A stretch of 64,000 nt of DNA from Candidatus Trichofilum aggregatum (GCA_016716885.1 JADJUV010000025.1:2688-66687), one strand, 5' to 3'. Positions 47,768 to 57,440 are shown, numbered from the stretch's first letter. Numbers and translations are program-made. The notes: generated by a model not told the origin, from the letters alone.

Positions 47768-49178
47768 ATGACGCGCCCCGTTAAGATTTTTCTCCTGTTT
47801 TCATTTACCTTGCTGGCGCTAGGTGGACTTTTTGGTCACAGCCTGGGCCTTGTCCCAGGATACCTATGCCGTCTATGTAGATGGGCAGACGGTGCAGGTG
47901 CAGGGGGAGTATGAGACGGTCGCTCAGGTGCTCGCGGCCGCGAACATCATCACTCGTCCCGAAGACATCATCCAACCCGCTCCTTCTGCTCCCATCACCC
48001 CAGATGTGGCTATACAGGTGCAACACGCCACCCCCATCACCTTGCGTAACGAGAACGGAACCCGGACTTATTTCACCCATCAGCTCACGTTGGGCGCGTT
48101 TCTCAACGAAGTTGGCCTCATGGCTCAGCGCACCGATCAGGTCTACGCTGACGGCCTCATCCTTTCCTTCAACCAGATCAATGACACACCCTTACCCCAA
48201 ACCGTAGAAATTGGGGATTTTTTGACTGTGACCATCCACGAAGGGGGCCAGCAGAAAACGGTGCGCACGGCCGTACAGACGGTGGGCGCGGCCATTCAGG
48301 AAGCCGGTATTACCCTTTACGCCGCCGATGGGGTGGAGCCACCGCCGGGTAGCTGGCTCACGCCTGATCTGCACATCTATATCCAACGCTCTCAGCCCTA
48401 CACCATCCTGGTGGATGGTCGCACCATCCAGACCCGGAGCCACAGCACCAGCGTTTTGGCGGTACTGGCCGAGACGGGCATTGGCCTGGTGGGTTTTGAT
48501 TTCACCCGCCCATCGGCGGAAACGTTGCTCCAATCAGGGGGAACCATCCAGGTTGTCCGTGTTACCGAGGATTTTCGGCTGGTGGATGCGCCGGTTCCCT
48601 ACGAAACGCTCTGGCAAGCGACGGATCAGGCCGAAATTGATACGCGCATCTTGCTCCAGGCGGGTGTGCCGGGTATTCAGCGGCAGCGGGTGCGGGTGCG
48701 TTATGAAAACGGGGCGGAAGTGAGCCAGCAGGTGGATGGGGAATGGTTAGCCCAGGAGCCAGTCAGTGAAATCATCGGTTATGGCACCAAAATTGTTTTG
48801 CGGGTGCTGGATACGCCTGATGGGGCGGTGGAATATTGGCGGGTGGTGCGGATGCGGGTGACTTCTTATACGGCATCCAGTTCAGGTAAGGAGCCGGATG
48901 ATCCGGCGTATGGGATTACGGCCAGCGGCTTGACCGCCGGAACCGGTATTGTAGCGGTGGATCGGGCGGTAATTCCGTTTCGGACGTATGTGTATGTGCC
49001 GGGTTATGGGATGGGTTATGCCGGTGACACGGGGGGTGGGGTTCGCGGCCGCTGGATTGACCTGGGTTATGATGAAGAGGAGTATGTGGGCTGGTCTGGA
49101 TATGTGGACGTTTATTATCTCACGCCCGTGCCGCCGACGGAGCGCATCAATTTCCTCATCCCCACCACCTTGCCTTAA
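47768..49178 (+). CDS. YabE/RpfB-like cell-wall protein (DUF348 repeats, G5 domain, 3D domain), frame broken in a T5 run (47829-47833)
   Basis: C-terminal 3D motif (VTSYTASSSG...GIVAVD...IPFRTYVYVPGYG) and a G5-like segment. ATG 47768 encodes the TM anchor MTRPVKIFLLFSFTLLALGGL one frame off from ...LVTAWALSQDTYAVYVDG. Confidence 0.8.
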
Positions 49179-49193
49179 CCGGGAAAGAAGTTT

Positions 49194-49335
49194 CACAGAG
49201 GGCACAGAGAGGAAGACACAGAGACACACAGAGTTTTAAAAGCAGTTTGTTTTCTCTCTGTGAATCTCTGTGTCTTCATCTCTGTGCGCTCTGTGTAACC
49301 TCTTCCTGACTTGCTGTACAAAAAGTTGACTGATT
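49194..49335. repeat. ~140-bp CACAGAG/CTCTGTG hairpin element, copy 1
   Basis: CACAGAGGGCACAGAGAGGAAGACACAGAGACACACAGAG, a loop, then CTCTCTGTGAATCTCTGTGTCTTCATCTCTGTGCGCTCTGTG, plus a shared tail ...CAAAAAGTTGACTG. Homologous to 51459-51600. Confidence 0.85.
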
Positions 49336-49339
49336 ATCT

Positions 49340-50167
49340 ATGAACCCCAAAGCGATTTTGCAACAATATGGGCTGGAGCCAAAGAAAAGTCTGGGGCAGA
49401 ATTTTCTGTTTGATGATCAGGTGCTGGGCAGAATTGTCGCGGCCGCGTCCCTTACTACCACCGATCATGTGCTGGAAATTGGGCCGGGTTTGGGCCACCT
49501 CACCGAACATCTGGCGAACGCGGCCGCGGCCGTCACCGCTGTTGAACTCGATCAACGCTACCTGCCCATTCTGCATGACCGCCTGGGCCATCTGCCCCAG
49601 GTGCGCCTCATCCACGGCGACATTCTGGAGCAAAACCTGGCCCTTCTTTTCCCCCAACAAAGCTACAAAGTGGTCGCCAACGTGCCCTATTACATTACCG
49701 GGGCCATTTTGCGCCACCTGCTTTCGGCGCAGAGCAAACCCTCGCTGATGGTGATGACGGTGCAAAAAGAGGTGGCCCAACGGCTCGCGGCCAAACCGGG
49801 CGACCTGAGCCTGATGGCGGTCAGTGTGCAATTTTACGGCCAGGCCCGGCTGGTGAGCACCATTCGGGCCGGGGCCTTCTGGCCGCGCCCAGAGGTGGAT
49901 TCGGCCATTGTGCGGTTGGACTTGTACCCGGAACCGCTTTTGCCCCTGGCCCAAGAGGATGCTTTTTTCCGGGTGGTGAAGGCCGGGTTTAGCCAGAAAC
50001 GCAAACAACTGAAGAATAATTTGTTGGCACTGGGGATGGGCAGTGAGCGGGTTGCGGCCGCGCTCCAAAAAGCCCATATAGACGGCCAAAGGCGGGCGGA
50101 AACGCTAACGTTGCCGGAATGGGTGGCACTTTATCAAAACTTGAGCGTTGTGGCGGATGATAAATAA
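49340..50167 (+). CDS. rsmA: 16S rRNA (adenine1518/1519-N6)-dimethyltransferase
   Basis: LGQNFL, EIGPGLGHLT and NVPYYIT motifs. Confidence 0.93.
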   Translation: MNPKAILQQYGLEPKKSLGQNFLFDDQVLGRIVAAASLTTTDHVLEIGPGLGHLTEHLANAAAAVTAVELDQRYLPILHDRLGHLPQVRLIHGDILEQNLALLFPQQSYKVVANVPYYITGAILRHLLSAQSKPSLMVMTVQKEVAQRLAAKPGDLSLMAVSVQFYGQARLVSTIRAGAFWPRPEVDSAIVRLDLYPEPLLPLAQEDAFFRVVKAGFSQKRKQLKNNLLALGMGSERVAAALQKAHIDGQRRAETLTLPEWVALYQNLSVVADDK

Positions 50168-50410
50168 TAAGAAGTTCACTCCATATCGCCATAATAATTG
50201 AGAAGGATGATCGAACGCACCTGGATATTTAGGTACGCTTGATCACGATGCATGGGGTTTGTTTTGGTTGGCGGCAGGGAGATTGACCCTAATTGTTGGT
50301 GCTGGTGTTGACGCAGTTTGAGGGGGTGGTGACGGATGATTTGGAGCGGTGGGGGGTTCAGGTGGTGGCGCGTAGGCAGAGTATAAGGGTGGGGGAGTGA
50401 GAGCAAGGGG

Positions 50411-50698
50411 TTGCGGATGCTCACACTTCGGAGACAGTACATGACCATCTATCAGTTAGTCCAGAAATTTCGTAGCATGACAGAAGAGCCTTCTCAGTAT
50501 CAGTTATGGGGCGATAATGAGATCCTTGTGGAGTCGTGTTCTTATACAGAAGGAATTGAACACCTATATCAACTGATAAAACCTGGAGACATATATCGAG
50601 AAAAAGAGATCGGAGCAAAATTTATATCGGAAATTACTTACGCGGAAGTCATACATATCCGAGAACGTGATACCCACTTTAATCGTGGGAAATTGTAG
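50411..50698 (+). CDS. Hypothetical protein (AT-richer ORF)
   Basis: ORF only, with no motifs. The start could be MTIYQL at 50441. Confidence 0.35.
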   Translation: MRMLTLRRQYMTIYQLVQKFRSMTEEPSQYQLWGDNEILVESCSYTEGIEHLYQLIKPGDIYREKEIGAKFISEITYAEVIHIRERDTHFNRGKL

Positions 50699-50707
50699 GT
50701 AGGATTC

Positions 50708-50775
50708 GCGGCCGCGTTCCCCCTCTCATCCTGCCAAAATCAGCGCCTTCAACAAACATTCCTGCCACGCCGTGG
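50708..50775 (-). pseudogene. Remnant of a pabB-like 3' end
   Basis: The minus strand reads ...WQECLLKALILAG-stop versus pabB ...WDECLLKARILEG-stop. The nucleotide match to the reverse complement of 16490-16546 runs about 55 nt. Confidence 0.6.
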
Positions 50776-50805
50776 ACAAAGTTAAAGTTATGCGGAATAT
50801 AAAAA

Positions 50806-51399
50806 ATGCAGATTGATACCATCCTACGCCGCCTCTATACGCTTGCCGTTGTAACGGGGTGGATTCTTCTGGCAGTTATATTATTCTATCTTGCTCGTCC
50901 AAGAGCTGATTGGGAAACCATCACCCATGAACAATATGGCTTTTCTTTTGAATACCCGACTGAGTGGCGGGCCAGAAAATATGGCGAGGATATTTCCTAT
51001 CACGGTGACGAAGAGCTGAAAGTGCTCCTTTCTCTTCCCTGGAACGATTACGCCAGTATCGAAATTCGAGTTGTTCCCATGAACAATCCCACATTAGACA
51101 AAGCGATTCGATGGGGCGAACAGAGAATTGCCCGAATAAACAGGTTATTGGTTTCACGCGGTGACGAACCTATTACGGAACTTTATTGGCGACAAGAAGA
51201 GCTTAACGGGCAAATAATCGCACGCCGACGGTATCAAGGGTACAACGTGAAAACGGGAGAGGTTTATCTGACTGAGGATGTTTACCTTGTCCGTGCGGGT
51301 GACATCATCGTTTTCATGCTTCATAGTCGAGAATCCAGCTTTGAATATTTTACGGATGAGTTTGAACGGATAGTTTCTAGTTTCTCAACGGTTGAGTAG
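50806..51399 (+). CDS. Membrane-anchored hypothetical protein
   Basis: N-terminal TM (LYTLAVVTGWILLAVILFYL) followed by a beta-rich domain (GFSFEYPTEW). Confidence 0.55.
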   Translation: MQIDTILRRLYTLAVVTGWILLAVILFYLARPRADWETITHEQYGFSFEYPTEWRARKYGEDISYHGDEELKVLLSLPWNDYASIEIRVVPMNNPTLDKAIRWGEQRIARINRLLVSRGDEPITELYWRQEELNGQIIARRRYQGYNVKTGEVYLTEDVYLVRAGDIIVFMLHSRESSFEYFTDEFERIVSSFSTVE

Positions 51400-51458
51400 C
51401 GGCCGCGTTCCCCCTTCATCCTTCCTAACCTGAACAAGCGAGAACCAAAAAGAAGGAA

Positions 51459-51600
51459 CACAGAGGGTTACAGAGAAGACACGGAGATACACAGAGTTAT
51501 AAAAACGGTCTTGGCTTTTCTCTGTGAACCTCTACGCTTCCTCTGTGAATCTCTGTGTCATCTCTTTCTTGCTAACTGGTCAAAAAGTTAACTCGTAAGG
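51459..51600. repeat. ~140-bp CACAGAG/CTCTGTG hairpin element, copy 2
   Basis: CACAGAGGGTTACAGAGAAGACACGGAGATACACAGAG, a loop, then CTCTGTGAACCTCTACGCTTCCTCTGTGAATCTCTGTGTC and tail ...CAAAAAGTTAACTCG. Confidence 0.85.
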
Positions 51601-51603
51601 TAA

Positions 51604-52744
51604 CTACATTATTACCGGCGCAGACGAGCATAGGTGCGGCCAGCAATCTCGGCGCGTAATTGCTACCAGTTCGGGGTATTGGTAGAAGAAAAGCACCTTT
51701 TCCTCGGCAATCGTGTCCCCATTTGGTTTGGGTTCCAGGACAAAGGCCATAAACGTTTCCGCGATGTCTTCTGCCGGATTGGTGGCGGCGTAATCGGTCA
51801 CGAACTGATCCTCATACATCTGATAAAACTCATCAGAATCCGGGTCGGATTCCAACCAATCCTCATAGATGTCACCCCAGAAGGTATCAAAAAGACGTTG
51901 ATGTAGGAGTCTCTCAGGCTACAGCCTTCACCAGGGAAAAAAGTAGGACATGAGGCTTCGGCTTCCTGATATAAGTCCTCGTCGTCGGGCTGGGCAAAAA
52001 CCTCGTTATCAAAAGGAACCTGAGATTCATTGAGGGTGAGGACGTGGGCAAATTCATGCACGAGGGTGTAGATGAGTTCATCCTCGTTGGCGGCATCGGC
52101 AATGTCTACGCTCAAAATCCAACGGCTGGGATCATCCGGGTCTGGCTCGACGGCGGCTAATACCTCGTCTACCCCATCGGTAAAGATGACATATTTGGCA
52201 AAATAAGTGCGATGTTCGGCCGGGATGAGGTTGGCAAAGAGAACCCAAATGCGCTGGTGCGCGGCCGCGTCGTCCTGGTACGCCTGTAGGTTACTCGTAA
52301 TGGCCGCCGGTTGCGGGTCGGTAATTTTATTTCCCTGGATGACATAGGTGATGATAGCATCTTCACTGGTAGCGAAGCCCTCTTCGCTGAACTCCTCTTC
52401 CCCGGAAAGGAAAACCCCCAAAACTTCATCTACCAGGGTATAAAACTCTTCATCAATCACTTCACAGTCATCATCCACACATTCCCCGTCATAGATGGGA
52501 TAACACATCTGATCGGCTTCATCGTATTCCTCATCGTCATAACAATCTTCGGGCGACATATAATATTCATCGGCATAAGCTTCATCATCATACAGGGCAT
52601 TTTCGCCTGAGTTGTTCACTCCTCATTGTAGGCATAATCGTCATTATAGTTTTCATATTCGTTGTTGTACGTTTCGGTATTGTTACCGCAAGCAAAAACC
52701 GCCAGGGCGACAAACAAGACCAGGGTAAACCAGAACCATTTCAT
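51604..52744 (-). pseudogene. Acidic lipoprotein with an HExxH metalloprotease-like motif, at least 2-3 frame disruptions
   Basis: ATG 52744 encodes MKWFWFTLVLFVALAVFAC (lipobox) and stops after 42 codons. The body (ORF 51798..52619) has HEFAHVLTL. The tail continues in ORF 51604..51855 after an A5 run (51889-51893). Confidence 0.55.
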
Positions 52745-52887
52745 TGAGCGCATCCTTTATCTCCTTCTCTGGGAAAATTACCCTCTTGCCACTGTGGGCA
52801 CGAATGATTCGTGATTTTGGCAGGTTTTGCCCAATGTGACAATGTGACAATGGGACAGGCAGCAATTCTCATTTTGAGCGAATTTGG

Positions 52888-53038
<151 letters not shown>

Positions 53039-53162
53039 AACCGAGGAATTAAAAATGCGTGGGACAGGCGTCAGGTTGTTTGACGCCGGGCGATGGGTAG
53101 CAGACAATTGGGGTATGGGACGTGTGGCGTGGGGCGTGTTACGTGGAAGAGTGGGAGCAGAG

Positions 53163-54458
53163 ATGGGCAAAACCTTAAATAGAAAAGGGCCTGTATCTAC
53201 GGCTTACATCCGACGCACCACGCACCACGCACCACGTTTATTCCTCTGGCTCACCCTGGTTCTCTGGCTGGTAGGTTGTCGCACCGAAACGGCGGGAACC
53301 GCGGCCGCGGCCCTGCCCTCGCCCATCGCCACCATCGTTTTACCCAGCCTCACCCCCACACCACCGCCCACCTTCACTGCCATTCCCACGGTAACACCCT
53401 CGCGCACCTCAACCCCAACCTGGACCCCTTCACCCACGGCCACCCCCACCCAGACGCCAACCGAAACCCCCACAACCATCCCCACGGCCACCCCCGTGCC
53501 GGTGAATCGGCGTTGCCCGGAGACATCCCCCGCCAAGCCGGAATACCAACGAGGTTTCCTGTCCCCCGAACTGTGGCCGACGCCCAGTGCCGCGGCCGCA
53601 GAACCCCATTTCTGGTTGTCGCGGCCGCTACCGGGAGCCGACCGTTTCCTCACTAATGATTGGTTGCCCTACGGCTGGGATGCGTACCGCTATTTGCTCC
53701 ACAATGGCACCGATGTGGCCGAACCCCAAGGCACACCCTTGCTCGCGGCCGCGGATGGCACTGTCGTCACGGCGGGTGAGGATGTCAACGAGTTATACGG
53801 CTGGCGTTGCGACTGGTACGGCCATCTGGTGGTAGTGCAACTAGACGATTTGTGGCAGGGTCAGCCCGTCTATTTCTTGTACGGCCACGTGCAAAACATC
53901 GTGGTGGAAGTGGGGCAGCGGGTTTACCGGGGCGAACCATTGGCCGAAATTGGCAAGGGCGGCGCGGCCTTACTGCCTCACCTGCACCTGGAAGTGCGGG
54001 TGGGAACCAACGAATTTGGCTCCACGCGCAACCCGATGCTCTGGTATTATCCCGGCACGGCGCGGGGCGTGATTGCCGGGCGACTGCTAGACCCGCAAGG
54101 GCGCCCCTGGCAGGGAATCGTCATTGAAGCGGTAGGGCGTTCAGAGAATAACCTCGAAGAACGACCCCGCACCTGGAGTTATCTGGGTGATCCGCAGGGG
54201 CTGATTAACCCGGATGAGGTGTATGCGGAGAATTTCCTCTTTGCCGACATGAAGCCGGGGCTGTATGAGTTGTTTGTGACAGTGCAGGGGGTGCAATATC
54301 GGGCCGAGGTGGAAGTGTTCGCGGCCGCGGTCAGCCCCATCACCATCATCACCGAGCCGTACCGGGAACCCACCCCCGGCCCCTCTCCCACTCTTGAGCT
54401 ACCCACCCTGGTTCCTACAACCATCATCTCGCCCACCCTCACCCTACCCCCAGAATGA
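53163..54458 (+). CDS. M23 (LytM-type) peptidase lipoprotein
   Basis: LWLVGC lipobox, PT-rich linker, and M23 motifs HNGTDV...GTPLLAAADGTVV...YGHV...LPHLHLEV. The start is uncertain; the ORF opens at 52884 only because of the homopolymers. Confidence 0.8.
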   Translation: MGKTLNRKGPVSTAYIRRTTHHAPRLFLWLTLVLWLVGCRTETAGTAAAALPSPIATIVLPSLTPTPPPTFTAIPTVTPSRTSTPTWTPSPTATPTQTPTETPTTIPTATPVPVNRRCPETSPAKPEYQRGFLSPELWPTPSAAAAEPHFWLSRPLPGADRFLTNDWLPYGWDAYRYLLHNGTDVAEPQGTPLLAAADGTVVTAGEDVNELYGWRCDWYGHLVVVQLDDLWQGQPVYFLYGHVQNIVVEVGQRVYRGEPLAEIGKGGAALLPHLHLEVRVGTNEFGSTRNPMLWYYPGTARGVIAGRLLDPQGRPWQGIVIEAVGRSENNLEERPRTWSYLGDPQGLINPDEVYAENFLFADMKPGLYELFVTVQGVQYRAEVEVFAAAVSPITIITEPYREPTPGPSPTLELPTLVPTTIISPTLTLPPE

Positions 54459-54515
54459 ATGTAATGTCATGGTGGGCATGGGACGGGAAACAGGGCAAAA
54501 CACTTTGAAGACAAT

Positions 54516-54956
54516 ATGCAATCATTAGCTGAAGACGATCTTGGTTATTTCAATGATGCGAAAACTTGGCGTTCTGGACCGAGTTTTCACGCTGTACTCG
54601 TGCAAAAGAATCAGACACCATCCATGAAGCTCATAGATAGCATAATGTCGGATGAATTTGTTCTTGAATGGAATGTTATGTCTGACCTTGTGACACAAAA
54701 TGAGGTGAAATATTGCATCATCTCTGTTCCCGCTCTTATAAACCCTGTTGGAGCCAAACTATTTCAACGCACATATGATCATTATTCGCTGTTGTATATC
54801 AGTATTCCTACCCACCATATGGAAAGAATTTGCGGGACACGGTGGGCGTTTGGTCAATTTGACCTTGACCAAATAGTTGCTTTACACAACACCTTGATTC
54901 ATCTATGTCAAAAAAATTGTAGATCTATCACACGCAACGATTGTATTGATGGATGA
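54516..54956 (+). CDS. Hypothetical protein in a low-GC patch
   Basis: 146-aa ORF with no motifs. Local composition is clearly AT-richer than the neighbours. Confidence 0.4.
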   Translation: MQSLAEDDLGYFNDAKTWRSGPSFHAVLVQKNQTPSMKLIDSIMSDEFVLEWNVMSDLVTQNEVKYCIISVPALINPVGAKLFQRTYDHYSLLYISIPTHHMERICGTRWAFGQFDLDQIVALHNTLIHLCQKNCRSITRNDCIDG

Positions 54957-55110
54957 AGTCTGGGCATGGCCAACGAAAACAGAAAATCTGCCGGTGGGGA
55001 TATTAGCAAAGCACCAGATTGCTCTACATGCTGGATGGAATATTAAGTTACTGTTGCCAACAGGCTATGCGTTAATACCTTTTCCAATTAACGAATCGGA
55101 TTGAATCTGG

Positions 55111-56280
55111 TCACTGGTGACGGGTCACTTGTAACTTCTGCAACCGCTCCGCGGCCGCGATCAGCACCGCATCCTGTTTACAAAAGGCAAACCGGGCCAG
55201 CCCCGCGCCATCGGCCGGGTTGTGGTAGAAGGCACTGGGGGGAATAGCCGCCACCCCGATTTCGGTGGTCAGGTAGCGGCAAAAGGCCACATCGTCAGCA
55301 AAACCCAGGTCGTGAATATCTACCATGACGAAGTAAGTGCCTTGTGGGATGAGCGGCCGCAACCCCGCCTGCTTCAGCCCGTCTACCAACAAATCCCGTT
55401 TGGCCTGGTACATGACCCGCAACTCCTCATAATAGGTGGTAGATGTTTCCAGAGCCACCGCGGCCGCTTCCTGGAACGGCGCCGCGCCACAGAAGGTCAT
55501 AAACTGGTGGGTGCGAAACGCCGCCTGAATCAGTTCCGGTGGCGCCACGATCCAGCCCACTTTCCAGCCCGTGGCGCTGAAGGTTTTGCCCAGGCTGGAG
55601 ATGTGCAGGGTACGCGGCCGCATTTCCGGCAAATTCGCCATCGTCACCTGCTGGTGCTCATCAAACATGATATGTTCATACACCTCATCAACCAGGGCCA
55701 GCACATCATGTTCAATACACAACGCGGCCATCCGGCTCATTTCTTCGGCGGTAAACACCTTGCCGGTGGGGTTGTGGGGGGTGTTGATGAGGATCAGTTT
55801 GGTTTTGGCGTTGAACAATCCGGCCAGATGATCAAAATCAATCGCCCAGTCTGGCGGCTGAAGCTGATAAAAGCGGGGAATGCCCCCGGCCATTTGCACG
55901 GCAGGCAGGTAGGAATCGTAAAACGGTTCGCCGATAATCACCTCGTCGCCGGGATTGATCAGTCCCAGAATGCTGGCAAAAATCGCTTCGGTGGCCCCGT
56001 GGGTGATGAGCACTTCGGTGTCCGGGTTGACGTTCAGGCCATAATCGCGGGCCATTTTCTGGGCCACCGCCTGGCGCAGACGCGGCCGCCCCACGCTGGG
56101 CGCATACTGGTTAATCTCCTGGTTAATGGCGTTGATGGCCGCTTCCTTGAGAAACGCCGGGGCGGGAAAGTCGGGGAACCCCTGGCCCAGGTTGATAGCC
56201 TGATGTTGGCTGGCGAGTTGGGTCATTTCGGCAAAGATGGAAGTGCCCAGGTGGCGGATACGTTCAGCCTGATAGCTCAT
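55111..56280 (-). CDS. Class I/II aminotransferase (YbdL/MtnE/kynurenine-aminotransferase-like)
   Basis: INLGQGFPDF, NQYAPSVG and the PLP-lysine region SLGKTFSATGWKVGW. Confidence 0.88.
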   Translation of the reverse strand: MSYQAERIRHLGTSIFAEMTQLASQHQAINLGQGFPDFPAPAFLKEAAINAINQEINQYAPSVGRPRLRQAVAQKMARDYGLNVNPDTEVLITHGATEAIFASILGLINPGDEVIIGEPFYDSYLPAVQMAGGIPRFYQLQPPDWAIDFDHLAGLFNAKTKLILINTPHNPTGKVFTAEEMSRMAALCIEHDVLALVDEVYEHIMFDEHQQVTMANLPEMRPRTLHISSLGKTFSATGWKVGWIVAPPELIQAAFRTHQFMTFCGAAPFQEAAAVALETSTTYYEELRVMYQAKRDLLVDGLKQAGLRPLIPQGTYFVMVDIHDLGFADDVAFCRYLTTEIGVAAIPPSAFYHNPADGAGLARFAFCKQDAVLIAAAERLQKLQVTRHQ

Positions 56281-56332
56281 AGTGACCTCTGGTGGAATGG
56301 ATGGGTGCGTACTATACTATGCCAGGGGAATT

Positions 56333-56490
56333 TAACCACAGATTTCACCGATTCACACAGATTTTTGGAGAGGGTTAACCACAGATTTCGCAGATTCGCA
56401 CAGATTTTTGGAGAGGTTTAACCGCAGATTTCGCTGATTAACGGCGATTTTCTCTGTGTTCTCTGTGCCTTCTCTGTGCTCTCTGTGTCC
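56333..56490. repeat. 43-bp tandem repeat (x2.8) followed by a CTCTGTG word array
   Basis: TTAACCACAGATTTCACCGATTCACACAGATTTTTGGAGAGGG, then TTAACCACAGATTTCGCAGATTCGCACAGATTTTTGGAGAGGT, then a partial unit, then CTCTGTGTTCTCTGTGCCTTCTCTGTGCTCTCTGTG. Confidence 0.9.
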
Positions 56491-56511
56491 TATTTTTTGG
56501 GAGATTGAACC

Positions 56512-57309
56512 ATGAAGGTAACGATAGCTTTGGGGCAGATGGATGTGATAGTAGGGGAGCCGGAACGGAACTGGCAGACGGTGCAACAACTGGCCCAGGA
56601 CGCGGCCGCGCGCCAGGCTGATGTTCTGGTTCTGCCGGAGTTGTGGTCAACGGGGTACGATTTGGAGCACGCGGCCGCGCACGCCACCCCTGTAGACACG
56701 GGTATGTTCGCCCGTGTGGCCGATCTGGCCCGCGAACATCACTTGCACATCCTGGGATCATGCCTGTCGCTGTTGGGGGAAAATCGGTTTGGCAACACCC
56801 TGACCTGGTTTGATCCGCAGGGGCAAAATTTGGCAACCTATAGCAAAATCCACCTGTTCCGCCTGATGGCAGAGGAGCAGTTTCTCACGGCGGGGGAGAA
56901 GTTGACCACCCTGGAAACGCCGTGGGGCAAGGCCGGGCTGGCGATTTGTTACGATTTACGCTTCCCGGAGCTGTTTCGGGCCTATGCGTTGGCGGGGGCG
57001 CGGCTGGTGTTTTTGCCCTCGGAGTGGCCCCATCCCCGCTTGGCTCACTGGCAGACGTTGGTACGCGGCCGCGCTATCGAAAATCAGATGTTCATGATCG
57101 CCTGCAACCGGGTAGGTACATCCAAAAACACCCACTTCTTCGGTCATTCCTGCATCATTGACCCCTGGGGAGAAACGGTCATCGAGGGCGACGAGTCGCC
57201 CCAACTGCTCGTCGCCACGATTGACACGGCGTTAGTAGACACCGTCCGGGCCAAAATCCCCGTCTTTGCCGACCGCAGGCCAGAGCTTTATGAAATGCGT
57301 GATGCGTGA
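56512..57309 (+). CDS. Carbon-nitrogen hydrolase (omega-amidase / Nit2 / MtnU-like)
   Basis: Nitrilase-superfamily Glu-Lys-Cys pattern (LVLPELW, YSKIHLF, GLAICYDLRFPE). Confidence 0.88.
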   Translation: MKVTIALGQMDVIVGEPERNWQTVQQLAQDAAARQADVLVLPELWSTGYDLEHAAAHATPVDTGMFARVADLAREHHLHILGSCLSLLGENRFGNTLTWFDPQGQNLATYSKIHLFRLMAEEQFLTAGEKLTTLETPWGKAGLAICYDLRFPELFRAYALAGARLVFLPSEWPHPRLAHWQTLVRGRAIENQMFMIACNRVGTSKNTHFFGHSCIIDPWGETVIEGDESPQLLVATIDTALVDTVRAKIPVFADRRPELYEMRDA

Positions 57310-57372
57310 TGCGTGATGCGTTCAGCAGGCCTCGCGGCCGCAACCAACAATGAGCGATCTCACAATAGACCA

Positions 57373-57440
57373 TCAAACAAGCGATTCGAGTCTTGCGGCC
57401 GCGTCCAGCATGACGCCGGGAACCAGCCCTATCTTGTACA
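57373..57440 (-). pseudogene. Duplicated 3'-end remnant of the amidase gene
   Basis: Reads ...GLVPGVMLDAAARLESLV-stop versus the amidase ...GLVPGLMLACRPGSEGVLLDAAARLESLI-stop. Nucleotide identity is high apart from a 33-nt gap. Confidence 0.8.

Noticed and set aside
50176-50448. 90-aa minus-strand ORF downstream of rsmA
   Set aside because: It is His/Pro/Leu-rich low-complexity sequence with no start context. The region is better treated as spacer.
56333-56490. Possible CRISPR array (also considered for the heptamer arrays and the 35-bp repeat at 11246-11305)
   Set aside because: The units are directly tandem with no unique spacers, the unit lengths (7, 35 and 43 bp) and copy numbers do not fit CRISPR, and there are no cas genes.
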